Shown here: piece after piece, positions 1-9,851 of the stretch
Layout: the number at the start of each line of letters is the position of its first letter
Numbering within the stretch: the first letter of the stretch is position 1
From: a virus
Virus record (IMG/VR): IMGVR_UViG_3300043172_000501
Coordinates: 1-64,000 of that record
Direction: 5' to 3' (one strand)
Length of the DNA stretch: 64,000 nucleotides
Program-made: the position numbers and the translations under genes
Notes under the pieces: generated by a model
Databases searched by the model: none
Told to the model about the DNA's origin: nothing
What the model saw: the letters and a program-made list of their open reading frames with translations, nothing else

Positions 1-2
1 GT

Positions 3-1220
3 GCTTTTAAGTATTTGCAGAACTTTGTTGAAGCTAGTGAAAAAATAAATGATTTGTCAGCATGGGAACAAAGAAACTCAGTTGTATCAGATCCTAATGA
101 TTTTGTAGCTGATAGTTCAACAAGTTTTCATGATGCAAATCAAGAATTTACCGTAAACGATGGTACACAAAGTCAAAAAATAATATGGGATGTAACAGAT
201 GGTAATGCACCCTTTTATGTGTTTCAAGTTATCAGTGCTACTGAAGGGGCTTTGACTTGTTGGTTTAACGTTTCAACAGGCGCTTTTACAAACGTCAATC
301 CTCTTTTTAATGTACAAGCAAATAGAACAGGGTCAACTTGGACAATAGACATTGATGTAACACCAACTGATAATGTTATGACTGTAAATATATTCCCTGC
401 TGATGCTTCAGGTAGTTCAAGTTTTACAGGTGGCGATGGTGTAATTGTAAGTTTTACAATGAACTCACTACAAGTACATGAGGGTGTACTTTCTAAAAAT
501 CTACCATACATTAAAACAACAGATACCCCTCAAACAGGTAAACAAATCTATGAGATAATTGAGCCAATACCTGTTGATGCAACTAAAATACACGGCTATG
601 TTGTACCAGTACCGCCGACAACCGGCTTGCCCGTTTCATTATCAATGATTGAATCAATGAACCATGTTGTTCAATCAGGCGCACTTGACACTGCACCGTG
701 GTCACATTTTCGTGATGTATGGGACGATGCAATTACTGAAATCTCACCTTTTACCGGTGAAGTTTATAGAGGTTTAGCAAAAGTAAATGGTCAAACTGCA
801 TATTTAAGTATGACACAAACAAATGTTGCTATTCCAGCAAGTAGCCCTGAGTATTGGACAATAGCTGTAAAAATAGCTCCAACAGCAACACATAAATACC
901 TCAAGTTTGAAATCAGTGGTTCATCTCCAATTGTTGTGAATATCGAAACAGGCGTAGTCACTTTGAATGCTAGTGGTCGTGAAGTTAATTACGATTTTGA
1001 GAATGAAATTGTAACAATCATCAACCCAAGTAGTGGTGGCAACCCAACTATGATCATCTATCTTGCTAGTGATGCAAGTGGTGATCATCTTGGATTAGGC
1101 ACAGGTGTCAATGATATGTTAATCGGCGGTGTGCAAGCTTCCACTGTTGCGAACCAGCCTTATGTAGAAACTACGACAGTAGCTATTACCGACGGTGCTG
1201 CTGTTATGGTTTGGGCTTAA
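3..1220 (+). CDS. 5'-truncated virion structural protein (tail fibre/spike-like, two repeated beta-rich domains)
   Basis: The frame is open to the window edge upstream of 15. Two similar domain ends (LQVHEG..LPYIKTT and VQAST..QPYVETT); T/S/V/G-rich; lies before the baseplate genes. Confidence 0.55.
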   Translation, partial: AFKYLQNFVEASEKINDLSAWEQRNSVVSDPNDFVADSSTSFHDANQEFTVNDGTQSQKIIWDVTDGNAPFYVFQVISATEGALTCWFNVSTGAFTNVNPLFNVQANRTGSTWTIDIDVTPTDNVMTVNIFPADASGSSSFTGGDGVIVSFTMNSLQVHEGVLSKNLPYIKTTDTPQTGKQIYEIIEPIPVDATKIHGYVVPVPPTTGLPVSLSMIESMNHVVQSGALDTAPWSHFRDVWDDAITEISPFTGEVYRGLAKVNGQTAYLSMTQTNVAIPASSPEYWTIAVKIAPTATHKYLKFEISGSSPIVVNIETGVVTLNASGREVNYDFENEIVTIINPSSGGNPTMIIYLASDASGDHLGLGTGVNDMLIGGVQASTVANQPYVETTTVAITDGAAVMVWA

Positions 1221-1299
1221 AACAATTTAAAGATTTAAAAATGAGTATTACATTTCATCTTAGCGTTCGTTAGTTATTTAATAGTAAAAGGAAAACAGA

Positions 1300-3456
1300 A
1301 TGTCGACCACAATAAAACAGATGTTATCAAGCTTGACGATTGACCTAGCAACACTATCCGAATACACAGGTGGAAGATACGCAGTAATACAACGTGACCC
1401 ACAGCCCAACGAAACAGACATAGATAAAGATACGCACATTAAAATGATGCTCGTAGATCTTGAAGGCGCACAATCGTCCAGTTCTTCAGGATTTGGACAC
1501 GGGCCCTTTGGTCACTTCCCTTTCGGTCACGCTGCTGCAATGACCTTCGGCATTTTTGATTTTGATGTTTATGTAGACGGAGATCGTATTCTATCATGGA
1601 ACAAAACTACTGAAACAGCGACATGGTATCTCGGTTATACAGGGACAGTTACACCGTCATTACCAACTACGCCTTATGCTTTTTACATTGTAGACGCAAT
1701 ACCGCCGTCAGAATTTTCTAGCGAACAAATAGTAGAAGTACGAGCAGTTGTAACACCATCGGCCCCCGCATTAGATGTTACATATCAATTTGAAGTTGAA
1801 GATCTAACACCGCCGAATATAATTTCAGCTGATTCTATTGACTCTTTTACAATACGTATGACTTTTGATGATAACATGTCAGTAGAAGGGTTAAGCTCCG
1901 CATTAAACATTTCGTCCTATTCAATAGAGCGACTGAATATCGATCCAATGCCTGGTGTAAATTTAATAATAGAAAATATCACCGCCGTAGAAGGATCTTC
2001 TGATACACAGTTCGATATTGTAGTAGACTGGGAACAAACACCTGGTTGTCAATATAGTATCAGCGTTACACAAGATGTTACAGATTCATCAAGCAATCCG
2101 ATGATACCAGATGCATCGATATTATTTAACGGATTCAGCCCTATCATTCCAGCAGGTCGCCGATTTAGTCATTGGCGTCAGATGGTTCCTCTGAAAAATA
2201 GACTTGAAGACTCCACACAAGATGCAGAACGTTTTTCTAATTGTATTCAAGAAATATTAAATTTGATGTTACACGAAATTGACCGTTTTACCGATCAGTT
2301 TGACCCCGACTTATGTAGTGATGAACAAATAGATGTTATGCTTTTAGACATGGGCAATCCCTTTGACTGGGCAGAGTTAGAACTTACTGCTGCACAACGA
2401 AGAAAACTGTTAAGATTTTTACTAGATATTTATTTAAGCAAAGGAACAGCGACAGGGATAGAACAGACAGTTTTATTTTTATTAGGCGAAGTTATTCAGA
2501 TAGTAGATTATTTATCAGAAGGTTGGGTTTTAGGTGTTGACGCTTTAGGCGAAGGAGATATTGCACAACTGCCAACTCTAGCTGTAGCACCCTATGATTT
2601 CACAGCTGTGGCACAACCTTGGAGCATGGGGATATCAATAGATAACGAATCAGTACAGACGATAACATTTGCACCAGGAGACTTCCTTGACCCTTCAGTA
2701 GCGACAGCCGAAGAAGTCACCGCAGTAATCACAAGTACTCTTATTGGGGCGAATACCTATATTGTGAATGACGGAGAACCAGCGATAATTACCAATAACG
2801 ATGTTGGTCCATATTCAATCGCATACGGAACTAATATTATAATTTCCGCACCTACTACTTCGTCATCACCAACTTCCTATACTTTTAAAGCTGGAGACTT
2901 CACAAATGAGAATATCGTAACAGCCAATGAATTAGTGGCATTACTTACAAGAAAGTTTCCTAATGTAACTATTGAAGCAAACCAATATAAAGGTGTCGTA
3001 CTTCGCACATTTGAAACAGGAACAATCGCCCACATAAGCTTATCTGGAACCGCAACATTATCATTAGGCTTTCAAGCTACAGAAATAGCAGTAGGCAAAG
3101 AAGGGGAAAGATTTTATATTTATTCAGAAACAGCAGGCACCAACGCCTCAATAGAATGCACAACAGCTGACGCCGGCATCGCTGATGAAATATTTAAGAT
3201 ATGGATGAACCCTATAGAAGCAACAGGTTCAACGATTCTTGCGCCAGATGACAGTTACACAAAATATTCTTTTGATATTGTCACCAGTGAAGTGTTAGAC
3301 TTAGAAACAGAATCGCTTGTACGCCAAATAGCAGAATACATGAAACCAGCGCACACGCATTTGATAAACATTAGAACAGCACCAGATCTACAGTTGCCAG
3401 ACAACTGGGAAATAGGTGTAGGCAAGTTAGACGAAAGCACTAGTTTAGCTCAATAG
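1300..3456 (+). CDS. baseplate wedge / phage tail protein I (P2 gpI-like) with N-terminal Ig-like domains
   Basis: Motifs DRFTDQFDPD..LLDMGNPF, YLSKGTATGIEQ and C-terminal YMKPAHT; precedes the tail fibre; AAGGA RBS. Confidence 0.75.
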   Translation: MSTTIKQMLSSLTIDLATLSEYTGGRYAVIQRDPQPNETDIDKDTHIKMMLVDLEGAQSSSSSGFGHGPFGHFPFGHAAAMTFGIFDFDVYVDGDRILSWNKTTETATWYLGYTGTVTPSLPTTPYAFYIVDAIPPSEFSSEQIVEVRAVVTPSAPALDVTYQFEVEDLTPPNIISADSIDSFTIRMTFDDNMSVEGLSSALNISSYSIERLNIDPMPGVNLIIENITAVEGSSDTQFDIVVDWEQTPGCQYSISVTQDVTDSSSNPMIPDASILFNGFSPIIPAGRRFSHWRQMVPLKNRLEDSTQDAERFSNCIQEILNLMLHEIDRFTDQFDPDLCSDEQIDVMLLDMGNPFDWAELELTAAQRRKLLRFLLDIYLSKGTATGIEQTVLFLLGEVIQIVDYLSEGWVLGVDALGEGDIAQLPTLAVAPYDFTAVAQPWSMGISIDNESVQTITFAPGDFLDPSVATAEEVTAVITSTLIGANTYIVNDGEPAIITNNDVGPYSIAYGTNIIISAPTTSSSPTSYTFKAGDFTNENIVTANELVALLTRKFPNVTIEANQYKGVVLRTFETGTIAHISLSGTATLSLGFQATEIAVGKEGERFYIYSETAGTNASIECTTADAGIADEIFKIWMNPIEATGSTILAPDDSYTKYSFDIVTSEVLDLETESLVRQIAEYMKPAHTHLINIRTAPDLQLPDNWEIGVGKLDESTSLAQ

Positions 3457-3465
3457 GAGAAAAAA

Positions 3466-6213
3466 ATGGATTTACGTGATTGGTATTTTAAACAAATTGT
3501 TTCACAAGGTGAGATGGACCAAGCCTTTGAATGGGCTGAAGACGCAGATCATGAAATGATGACAGATGTTGACTTGATAGGAATCCATTCCGGCGGAGAC
3601 ACTTCAGAAAAAAGTCCAACACCTGATTTGTCAGTTAATGTTTCCAGCATAAAAGGACATGATAGTGAAGGCAAAAGATTATCGATTGAAACACCAAGCT
3701 CAAATATACCGTTAGACGTTGACGAGTATGGCACTTCAACAGAAGTAACAACCCCTGCAGAAGAAAGATACATAAGTCTATTTGTAAGATATAAACGTGA
3801 TCCACAATCACCAGCCGTAGACGGAAACGGGTTAACAGTCTACACCATACAACAAGAAGACGCAGAATATTTTGTTCGCCAAGGAGCATCATCAGGTTCC
3901 GCAACACCACCCGCTTTACTTTCAGACGCACTCTTACTTTGTGATATTAAAAGAGTTTTTGGACAAACCACAATACAAGACGCAAACATTGAATTAACAC
4001 GTCGTCAAGACTGGATGCGTTTAACCGGTACCAGCATATCTGAGTTAAACGGCGGAACTCCCAAAGAAGTTATTGAAGAACTTTTTAGTTACGTAGACGC
4101 ACATCACGGCGGAGGTTCACTCTTTACATTTGCACAAAACTGGGCAGATACAGGAGTACCAATAGGACCAAGCCCACCCATCGCAACAGTTAAAGAAGCT
4201 CTTAATGGAATAGTGTACGACTTGACACAATGGGGGACAGGACGTGTCGGTTCACTTTTAATAGGAACACAAAACACAACCGGCACTTACATAAACTGGA
4301 CAAACGAAACTGTAAACGGCGCACTATTAGGTCTAGCCGGTGTAATGAATGGACACATCGGAGGAAGCGCACCACAACACCCCGATACATCTATAACTGC
4401 TGCTATAAAAAATGGAAGTCCTACTACATTACCAAACGGATCAGTATCATCTCAAATGCAAGCCATGCTAGATGCTGCAAATGATCACTTCAACGGTGCA
4501 TCGTCTAACCTACAACACAGTGTAAGTAAAATAAAAACTGTTGCATCCGATACCTGGCGTCAAATTTATATTGACGATTGGGACAACGGCGCAACTGACT
4601 GGTCAAACTACACAGGACAGATAACATCCGAAACTGGCGGACAAGCTTACGTGATTGACGCAACATCAGGAAACTATCTGATAGTAAAAGACATAACAAC
4701 TCTAGGAGATTTCGATAGTGAACGTATTTCTCAAGGAGCTACTTATGTAGTAGGGGATTCCGCTCTGTCAAATCTAGGTCCAAGTTTGAGTATCGATAAT
4801 ACTTGGGACAGTTCATCACTAGAAGAAATGATGTGGAAACTGACAGCTTTGATTTTCAGGTCAGTCCAAAGCAACAACGGAGACGAAAGCAAAACTTACA
4901 GTAATATAATTGCTACAAACAAAGGAATGAACAGAATAAGCAGGGCCGTAACTCTAGGCGCCGTATCAGGCGGGTCAGGTCGTCCAACTGAAACAATAGA
5001 AGAAGCTTTAGATTATACCCGTGGAGCCATTCCAACAGGCACTGGCGCAGCCGATTGGGGCTTACCCTGGACAAAAACTGCGAATGTAGGTGCAGGTGTT
5101 GTTACTAGTTGGTGTAAAGGATATTCCTTTAATAACGGGATCGAAACAGTTATGGCTGTCTCAGCCTCAGCACAGTTAATAAACTTTTACTATTTACAAC
5201 CAGATGATTCTTACTCCACGTCACAACAATTAGTTGATGTAAACGGAGCTGATTTAACATCACCAGAAGTTCCTTTTCAGATTGCATCTAATTCAGAACA
5301 TGTTTATGTTTTAACTGACCTAGACGGCACAGGGACCAACTGCAGACTATATTGTTATAAACTAAGAACCGTAAGGCACGACAATGACGGAGCCAAACCA
5401 GAATGCATCTGGCAAACTGATTTCTTAAATCATGATCCAGATATTAGTGACAACTATCAACGCTCTGCAATGAAATGTGACGCTATTGACAATACTGTTT
5501 TTATAGTTTTCGGCGGACAAAACGCTACAACAGGAAAATCAGTGGTCGGAGTAAACGCAACAACAGGGGCAATAAAAGGAAGTGGCAGAGGAACAATGCC
5601 ATCAACTGCAACACTATTCCCAACAGGCGCTTTAGCAGTTGCTGAAGGACGAGCCTACTTCGGATACAACGGAGACTCCAAGCAAACTATCGCATCATGC
5701 TATGATAATGTTTCTGCAGGCGCTGGACCACTAACAACACGTTTAGTCTCAGCCACAGCTACAGATGTATTGCTAGACTTAGAAATATGCGGAACGTTTT
5801 TATTATGTGGTTTATCTGTTGCTACTGCTCCACAGCCTGTTTATAACTTCGTAACAGATAACGCTGGCCCCTCTTCAGTTCCCACCACTAATGTGATATT
5901 CAACGGGAATATATCCGCAAACTCATGCAGAGTACATTATGACGGGCAACTCATATGGTATCAGTACAATGATGACAGGTCAGGAAATGATACAACCATA
6001 GTGAGATCCGTCCATCCGTCAGAACTCATAGAAGGAGTCACCCTCTCAATAACCGCTACAGGGTACATCCGTCCCAAGTACTACATGGAAGATCCATCAG
6101 CAGGAGCAAATACTGATCCAATAGGAATGATAATGTGGGGTGGAGCTTTATGGTCATTTCAATACAGTTCTACAGTAACACCACTATACGGAGCCGGCGC
6201 TTTATTAAGATAA
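3466..6213 (+). CDS. tail fibre / receptor-binding protein
   Basis: 915 aa, G/S/T-rich, directly after the gpI-like gene; HxxxxxxxH fibre-knot-like segments; beta-propeller-like C-terminus. Confidence 0.7.
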   Translation: MDLRDWYFKQIVSQGEMDQAFEWAEDADHEMMTDVDLIGIHSGGDTSEKSPTPDLSVNVSSIKGHDSEGKRLSIETPSSNIPLDVDEYGTSTEVTTPAEERYISLFVRYKRDPQSPAVDGNGLTVYTIQQEDAEYFVRQGASSGSATPPALLSDALLLCDIKRVFGQTTIQDANIELTRRQDWMRLTGTSISELNGGTPKEVIEELFSYVDAHHGGGSLFTFAQNWADTGVPIGPSPPIATVKEALNGIVYDLTQWGTGRVGSLLIGTQNTTGTYINWTNETVNGALLGLAGVMNGHIGGSAPQHPDTSITAAIKNGSPTTLPNGSVSSQMQAMLDAANDHFNGASSNLQHSVSKIKTVASDTWRQIYIDDWDNGATDWSNYTGQITSETGGQAYVIDATSGNYLIVKDITTLGDFDSERISQGATYVVGDSALSNLGPSLSIDNTWDSSSLEEMMWKLTALIFRSVQSNNGDESKTYSNIIATNKGMNRISRAVTLGAVSGGSGRPTETIEEALDYTRGAIPTGTGAADWGLPWTKTANVGAGVVTSWCKGYSFNNGIETVMAVSASAQLINFYYLQPDDSYSTSQQLVDVNGADLTSPEVPFQIASNSEHVYVLTDLDGTGTNCRLYCYKLRTVRHDNDGAKPECIWQTDFLNHDPDISDNYQRSAMKCDAIDNTVFIVFGGQNATTGKSVVGVNATTGAIKGSGRGTMPSTATLFPTGALAVAEGRAYFGYNGDSKQTIASCYDNVSAGAGPLTTRLVSATATDVLLDLEICGTFLLCGLSVATAPQPVYNFVTDNAGPSSVPTTNVIFNGNISANSCRVHYDGQLIWYQYNDDRSGNDTTIVRSVHPSELIEGVTLSITATGYIRPKYYMEDPSAGANTDPIGMIMWGGALWSFQYSSTVTPLYGAGALLR

Positions 6214-6284
6214 ACATTTGCACTAATTCGACAAAAACCTAACAATAAATGTTAGTTTGCGATTTATATTTACAGGAGAGTACA

Positions 6285-6836
6285 ATGCCAACGCTGAGTT
6301 CAGAAACACTAACTATATTGAGCAAGATTGATGACATGGGGAAAGAGACAAGAGCTAAAGTTGACACTATCGGAAAAGAAAATAGAACTCAAATGCAATT
6401 AGTAAGCACAGAACTACGAGGGGAACTTTCAAAAGTAACAGGAGAGATAGCCAACGTAAGAGATCGCCTCGGAAAACTTGAAGGCGCAAACAGAGGTCAG
6501 AATATTGAGCTGCGAGATTTAAAAATAGAACAGCTCAGGCTAGAAGACCGCCAAGAAGAAATAACAAAAACCATTGATAATAAAATTAGAGATCATGAGT
6601 CCAGGACACCCGAACCTGTTGCAAAAGAACGCAACAGTTATATTCCTAAAAAAATACCATTCACAATGCCAAGATGGGTTGTCGCAATACTGACTTCATT
6701 AGGAATAGCTGTAGGTGGTTCTAGTATCGCTATTCTAAAATCTTGCAATAATGAAATAATTACGAATGTAGAACCTGAACAAAAAGAAGTTTCTCCAAAA
6801 TCTAAAAAAGAAATTGATATTGTGATAAAAAACTGA
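6285..6836 (+). CDS. coiled-coil membrane protein (possible holin/antiholin)
   Basis: AGGAG RBS before ATG 6285; long coiled coil followed by one TM helix (WVVAILTSLGIAVGGSSIAIL). Confidence 0.45.
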   Translation: MPTLSSETLTILSKIDDMGKETRAKVDTIGKENRTQMQLVSTELRGELSKVTGEIANVRDRLGKLEGANRGQNIELRDLKIEQLRLEDRQEEITKTIDNKIRDHESRTPEPVAKERNSYIPKKIPFTMPRWVVAILTSLGIAVGGSSIAILKSCNNEIITNVEPEQKEVSPKSKKEIDIVIKN

Positions 6837-7214
6837 ACAACTATCCTTAATAATCCCTATAAAACCTGTAACAGACTCCTAGCATGACAACAAATAGCAC
6901 CTGAAACTTCATACAGCAGACAATAACCACCCGACATCGCCGTTTTTAGCACATTTTGATATACTTATCACCCAGCAACAATAAACACCCCTGAGTCCCG
7001 TTTAAATGACAATAAAGCAGTCAAGACAGAAAGATCAATGATTACAAGCGATTATAAGTGATAACTTTGTTACAATTCGCTTGACACTCCGTATTATATA
7101 ACATTCCACCTGTAATTTCCCCTTATGAGTAAAAAAGTTGAATTTAAAACACTAATAATTACATGGTGTTAGACCCTAAAACGGAATTATGTTGATTATT
7201 ATTATAAGTAAATA

Positions 7215-7248
7215 TTGATATAATAACATTTTACCATTATAATTAAGG
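7215..7248 (+). promoter_or_regulatory. sigma70-type promoter P1 with near-palindrome over the -10
   Basis: TTGATA(7215)-17 nt-TATAAT(7238); CCATTATAATTAAGG; similar to P2 and P3. Confidence 0.75.
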
Positions 7249-7288
7249 TACAGAGAGACACACTCTCTAAATAACTAGGAGACACAAT

Positions 7289-7774
7289 ATGAAAAACTCA
7301 ACTATAAAAAATGAAACTTCAGAAAATTATAATAGTTATAAGCCAGAAAGCAAAAGTTCAACAATTGACAACGAAGAAAGAATTAGTTGCTCAAGAGATG
7401 GTAAAAACTTAATTAAATCGCACCTAACTTATGAACAGAAAGAACAGATGAAAAATCAAGAACTTTTCGGAGTTTTATTTTTAAATAATAAAAATAAGAT
7501 CATAGACTCAAGAGTTATTTTCATCGGAACAGTTAACGAAGCAGTGGTTTCTCCCCGTGATATTTTTAGACCAGCTCTTGAAGTTGGAGCAGTAAGAATT
7601 ATAGCATGGCACAACCATCCAAGTGGAGACACCACACCATCACAAGAAGATATCGCACTTGGAAAAAGACTTTTTGACTGCGGAGAAATGTTAGGAGTAC
7701 AACAACTTGATAATCTAATAATTAGTAGTGATTTTAAAAATTATGTTTCAATGAGAGACTTAGGATATATTTAA
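7289..7774 (+). CDS. radC: RadC-like JAB/MPN domain protein
   Basis: GTVNEAVVSPRDIF and HNHPSGDTTPSQED JAB motif. Confidence 0.92.
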   Translation: MKNSTIKNETSENYNSYKPESKSSTIDNEERISCSRDGKNLIKSHLTYEQKEQMKNQELFGVLFLNNKNKIIDSRVIFIGTVNEAVVSPRDIFRPALEVGAVRIIAWHNHPSGDTTPSQEDIALGKRLFDCGEMLGVQQLDNLIISSDFKNYVSMRDLGYI

Positions 7775-7787
7775 TTTTAACCAGACT

Positions 7788-7873
7788 CAGAATCGTTGAG
7801 GCTAACTACTAAATCAGAAAAGTTTAGTGGAAAGCCTGAGCGATTTTGCTCAAATAGACCGCCCGGTGCGGTC
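7788..7873 (+). other. intergenic RNA stem-loops
   Basis: CAGAATCGTT/AGCGATTTTG, AGGCT/AGCCT and CTACTAAAT/GTTTAGTGG form a long stem; then GACCGC-CCGGT-GCGGTC. Confidence 0.55.
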
Positions 7874-7890
7874 AGAAAAGAGAAGTCAAA

Positions 7891-8571
7891 ATGACAACTA
7901 ACAACAACAAGAAAAACAACAAAAAAACAACTACTCCAAAAAGACCAACTACTGCAGAAATCAAAGAAAAAACAGAAGCAGAAGCAATTGCAAAAATCGT
8001 AGCAGATGCCAAAAAGAAAAAAGAAGGTAAAAGTTTTGACCTAGTAGTTAAACACGGAAACATCTCAGATGGAGCAGGCGGAGAAATCGCCATTTCTATT
8101 GAATTGTTTTCAATCAAGAAAGAAGTTTTGAAAGTCATCGCTGACAGAATGAAAAAGTGTGAACTGACTAATGTAGAAATTTACAACCCCGTAGACATTA
8201 AAAAGCCAGAACATCAACGTGAAGTAATAACTTTAACAACTGAACATATCGCAGATTATAATCATAATTTCAGATCCAAAAAAGACGGAACTATCTGGCT
8301 TAAAGAATTAAGAACAATCTTAAGAGAAGCAAGAGAAGACAAACAAGGCGGTTCCCAACGCCAAAGAATGAACCAGAAGTTAGATAGAGTTCTAAAATCA
8401 ATCGAAAGCGCAATTGCAGGATACAAAAAACTTTCTACCAAAGATACTGAAGACGAAACATTGAAAGAGTTAGTTTCAAGACTATCCGCAACAAAAGCAG
8501 TCATTCTATCTCTATGTGAAACAGAAACTGCAACATTAGTTGCCTCTACAGAAAAGACTGGAGAAAAGTAA
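7891..8571 (+). CDS. hypothetical protein
   Basis: 226-aa ORF with genome-typical codon usage. Confidence 0.7.
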   Translation: MTTNNNKKNNKKTTTPKRPTTAEIKEKTEAEAIAKIVADAKKKKEGKSFDLVVKHGNISDGAGGEIAISIELFSIKKEVLKVIADRMKKCELTNVEIYNPVDIKKPEHQREVITLTTEHIADYNHNFRSKKDGTIWLKELRTILREAREDKQGGSQRQRMNQKLDRVLKSIESAIAGYKKLSTKDTEDETLKELVSRLSATKAVILSLCETETATLVASTEKTGEK

Positions 8572-8648
8572 AAAATAAAAAGTAAAAAAAGCAAAAACAA
8601 AAACGTGGGCGTCTTTCACGGGACGCCCCTAGTTGTAAGAGGGAAATA

Positions 8649-9347
8649 ATGACAGACGAAGACAAAAAACAAATGATTGAAGAGTCAAATGAAAAACAAG
8701 CAAGATTTCGTGAGCAATCAATCCAAGCTCAACAAACCAGAGCTAAAGCGTTAGCGACTGAAGAAATTGGCGGAATCGTAACTCCAGCAAACTCCATTGA
8801 AACAAAAACAATAAAAGTAGACATTGAAGGCGTTGAAACTGAAATAGAAGTTCACGACGCAGTTTTCGGTGAAGAGCATAAACGCTTTGTTGGGAAAGGC
8901 GGTCTGAACGAAGCAAAGATGTGGATCTACAATAACCGTTCAGAACACATCAAAGTTCACGCTGGCGACCATACCAGAAAAAAAGCAAGAGCTAGAATTT
9001 TCGCAGAGATTAAAAGAATCACTGACATTAAAGAAAAGTTCAAAGGCTATTTACCAGAAGTAATGTTAATGGATCTAGATCCAGCTCTTCGAGGACTAAG
9101 CGTAGTTTACTGCAATATCGACGCAGACGGGAAACTCAAAGAAGTACCAGAATTTAGCTACATGAAAAATGATGGAGTACAAGCCCTTGAAGTAGTAATA
9201 GAAATATTCGCAACACAGAAGAGAGATGCTGTAAAAGCAAGAGAAGTAAAAAAAGCTGAAGAACACAAGCAAGTTGAAGCTGATCATTTAGCACGAGTCA
9301 AAGCTACTAGACTAAAAGATCAAAAAGCAAAATTACAAAAGAAATAA
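8649..9347 (+). CDS. hypothetical protein
   Basis: 232-aa ORF; GAGGG RBS. Confidence 0.7.
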   Translation: MTDEDKKQMIEESNEKQARFREQSIQAQQTRAKALATEEIGGIVTPANSIETKTIKVDIEGVETEIEVHDAVFGEEHKRFVGKGGLNEAKMWIYNNRSEHIKVHAGDHTRKKARARIFAEIKRITDIKEKFKGYLPEVMLMDLDPALRGLSVVYCNIDADGKLKEVPEFSYMKNDGVQALEVVIEIFATQKRDAVKAREVKKAEEHKQVEADHLARVKATRLKDQKAKLQKK

Positions 9348-9352
9348 CAAAC

Positions 9353-9420
9353 GGCGAAAGCCACCGTACTAGTCGAGTGCGGTACAGGATTATCAATAGT
9401 ATAGAACTCTTGATGCTCCT
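9353..9420 (+). ncRNA. three-hairpin structured RNA element (copy 1)
   Basis: GGC-GAAA-GCC; ACCGTACT/AGTGCGGT; AGGATTATCAA../..TTGATGCTCCT. Confidence 0.4.
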
Positions 9421-9454
9421 CTACTGAAATCGACAACAACACAAAAGGAATGAC

Positions 9455-9691
9455 ATGGATAATAATAACGAAATAGTCAAAGAAGAAAGTGACACAGATT
9501 TCTGTCCTCATTGCAAAGCAGACTTCATATATACAGCAGATAATACAAGAGCAAAATTTTATTCATTCAATGAAGTTAATATGGAAAGAACACATATAGT
9601 AATTATCCATTTCTGTGCAGAATGTGAATCATGTTGGGTTCGCAAAACTGAACCATGCGAGAAGAAAGGAAACACCAGTGATATTAGTTGA
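9455..9691 (+). CDS. small zinc-ribbon protein
   Basis: CPHC...CAEC; AAGGA RBS. Confidence 0.55.
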   Translation: MDNNNEIVKEESDTDFCPHCKADFIYTADNTRAKFYSFNEVNMERTHIVIIHFCAECESCWVRKTEPCEKKGNTSDIS

Positions 9692-9851
9692 ACAGTTTCA
9701 AGTAGCCGTCCACGTTCCTCCAGAGTTACAAGAACATAAAAGTGTAGACGAAATAATCGAGGCATTTGATTTTTATGATGACGATGATGCCCGTATAAAT
9801 TTTGAACTGAGCATGAGTGCTCATAACAAGAACAGAGGAGAAAATAAATAA
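9678..9851 (+). CDS. small hypothetical protein
   Basis: AAGGA RBS then GTG at 9678; coupled to the next gene by TAATG. Confidence 0.4.
   Translation: MILVEQFQVAVHVPPELQEHKSVDEIIEAFDFYDDDDARINFELSMSAHNKNRGENK

Noticed and set aside
6837-7214. attP, genome terminus or origin in the late/early intergenic gap (GATTACAAGC-GATTATAAGT periodicity, TTGACA at 7081)
   Set aside because: No integrase in the window, the repeats are short and degenerate, and the TTGACA has no properly spaced -10.
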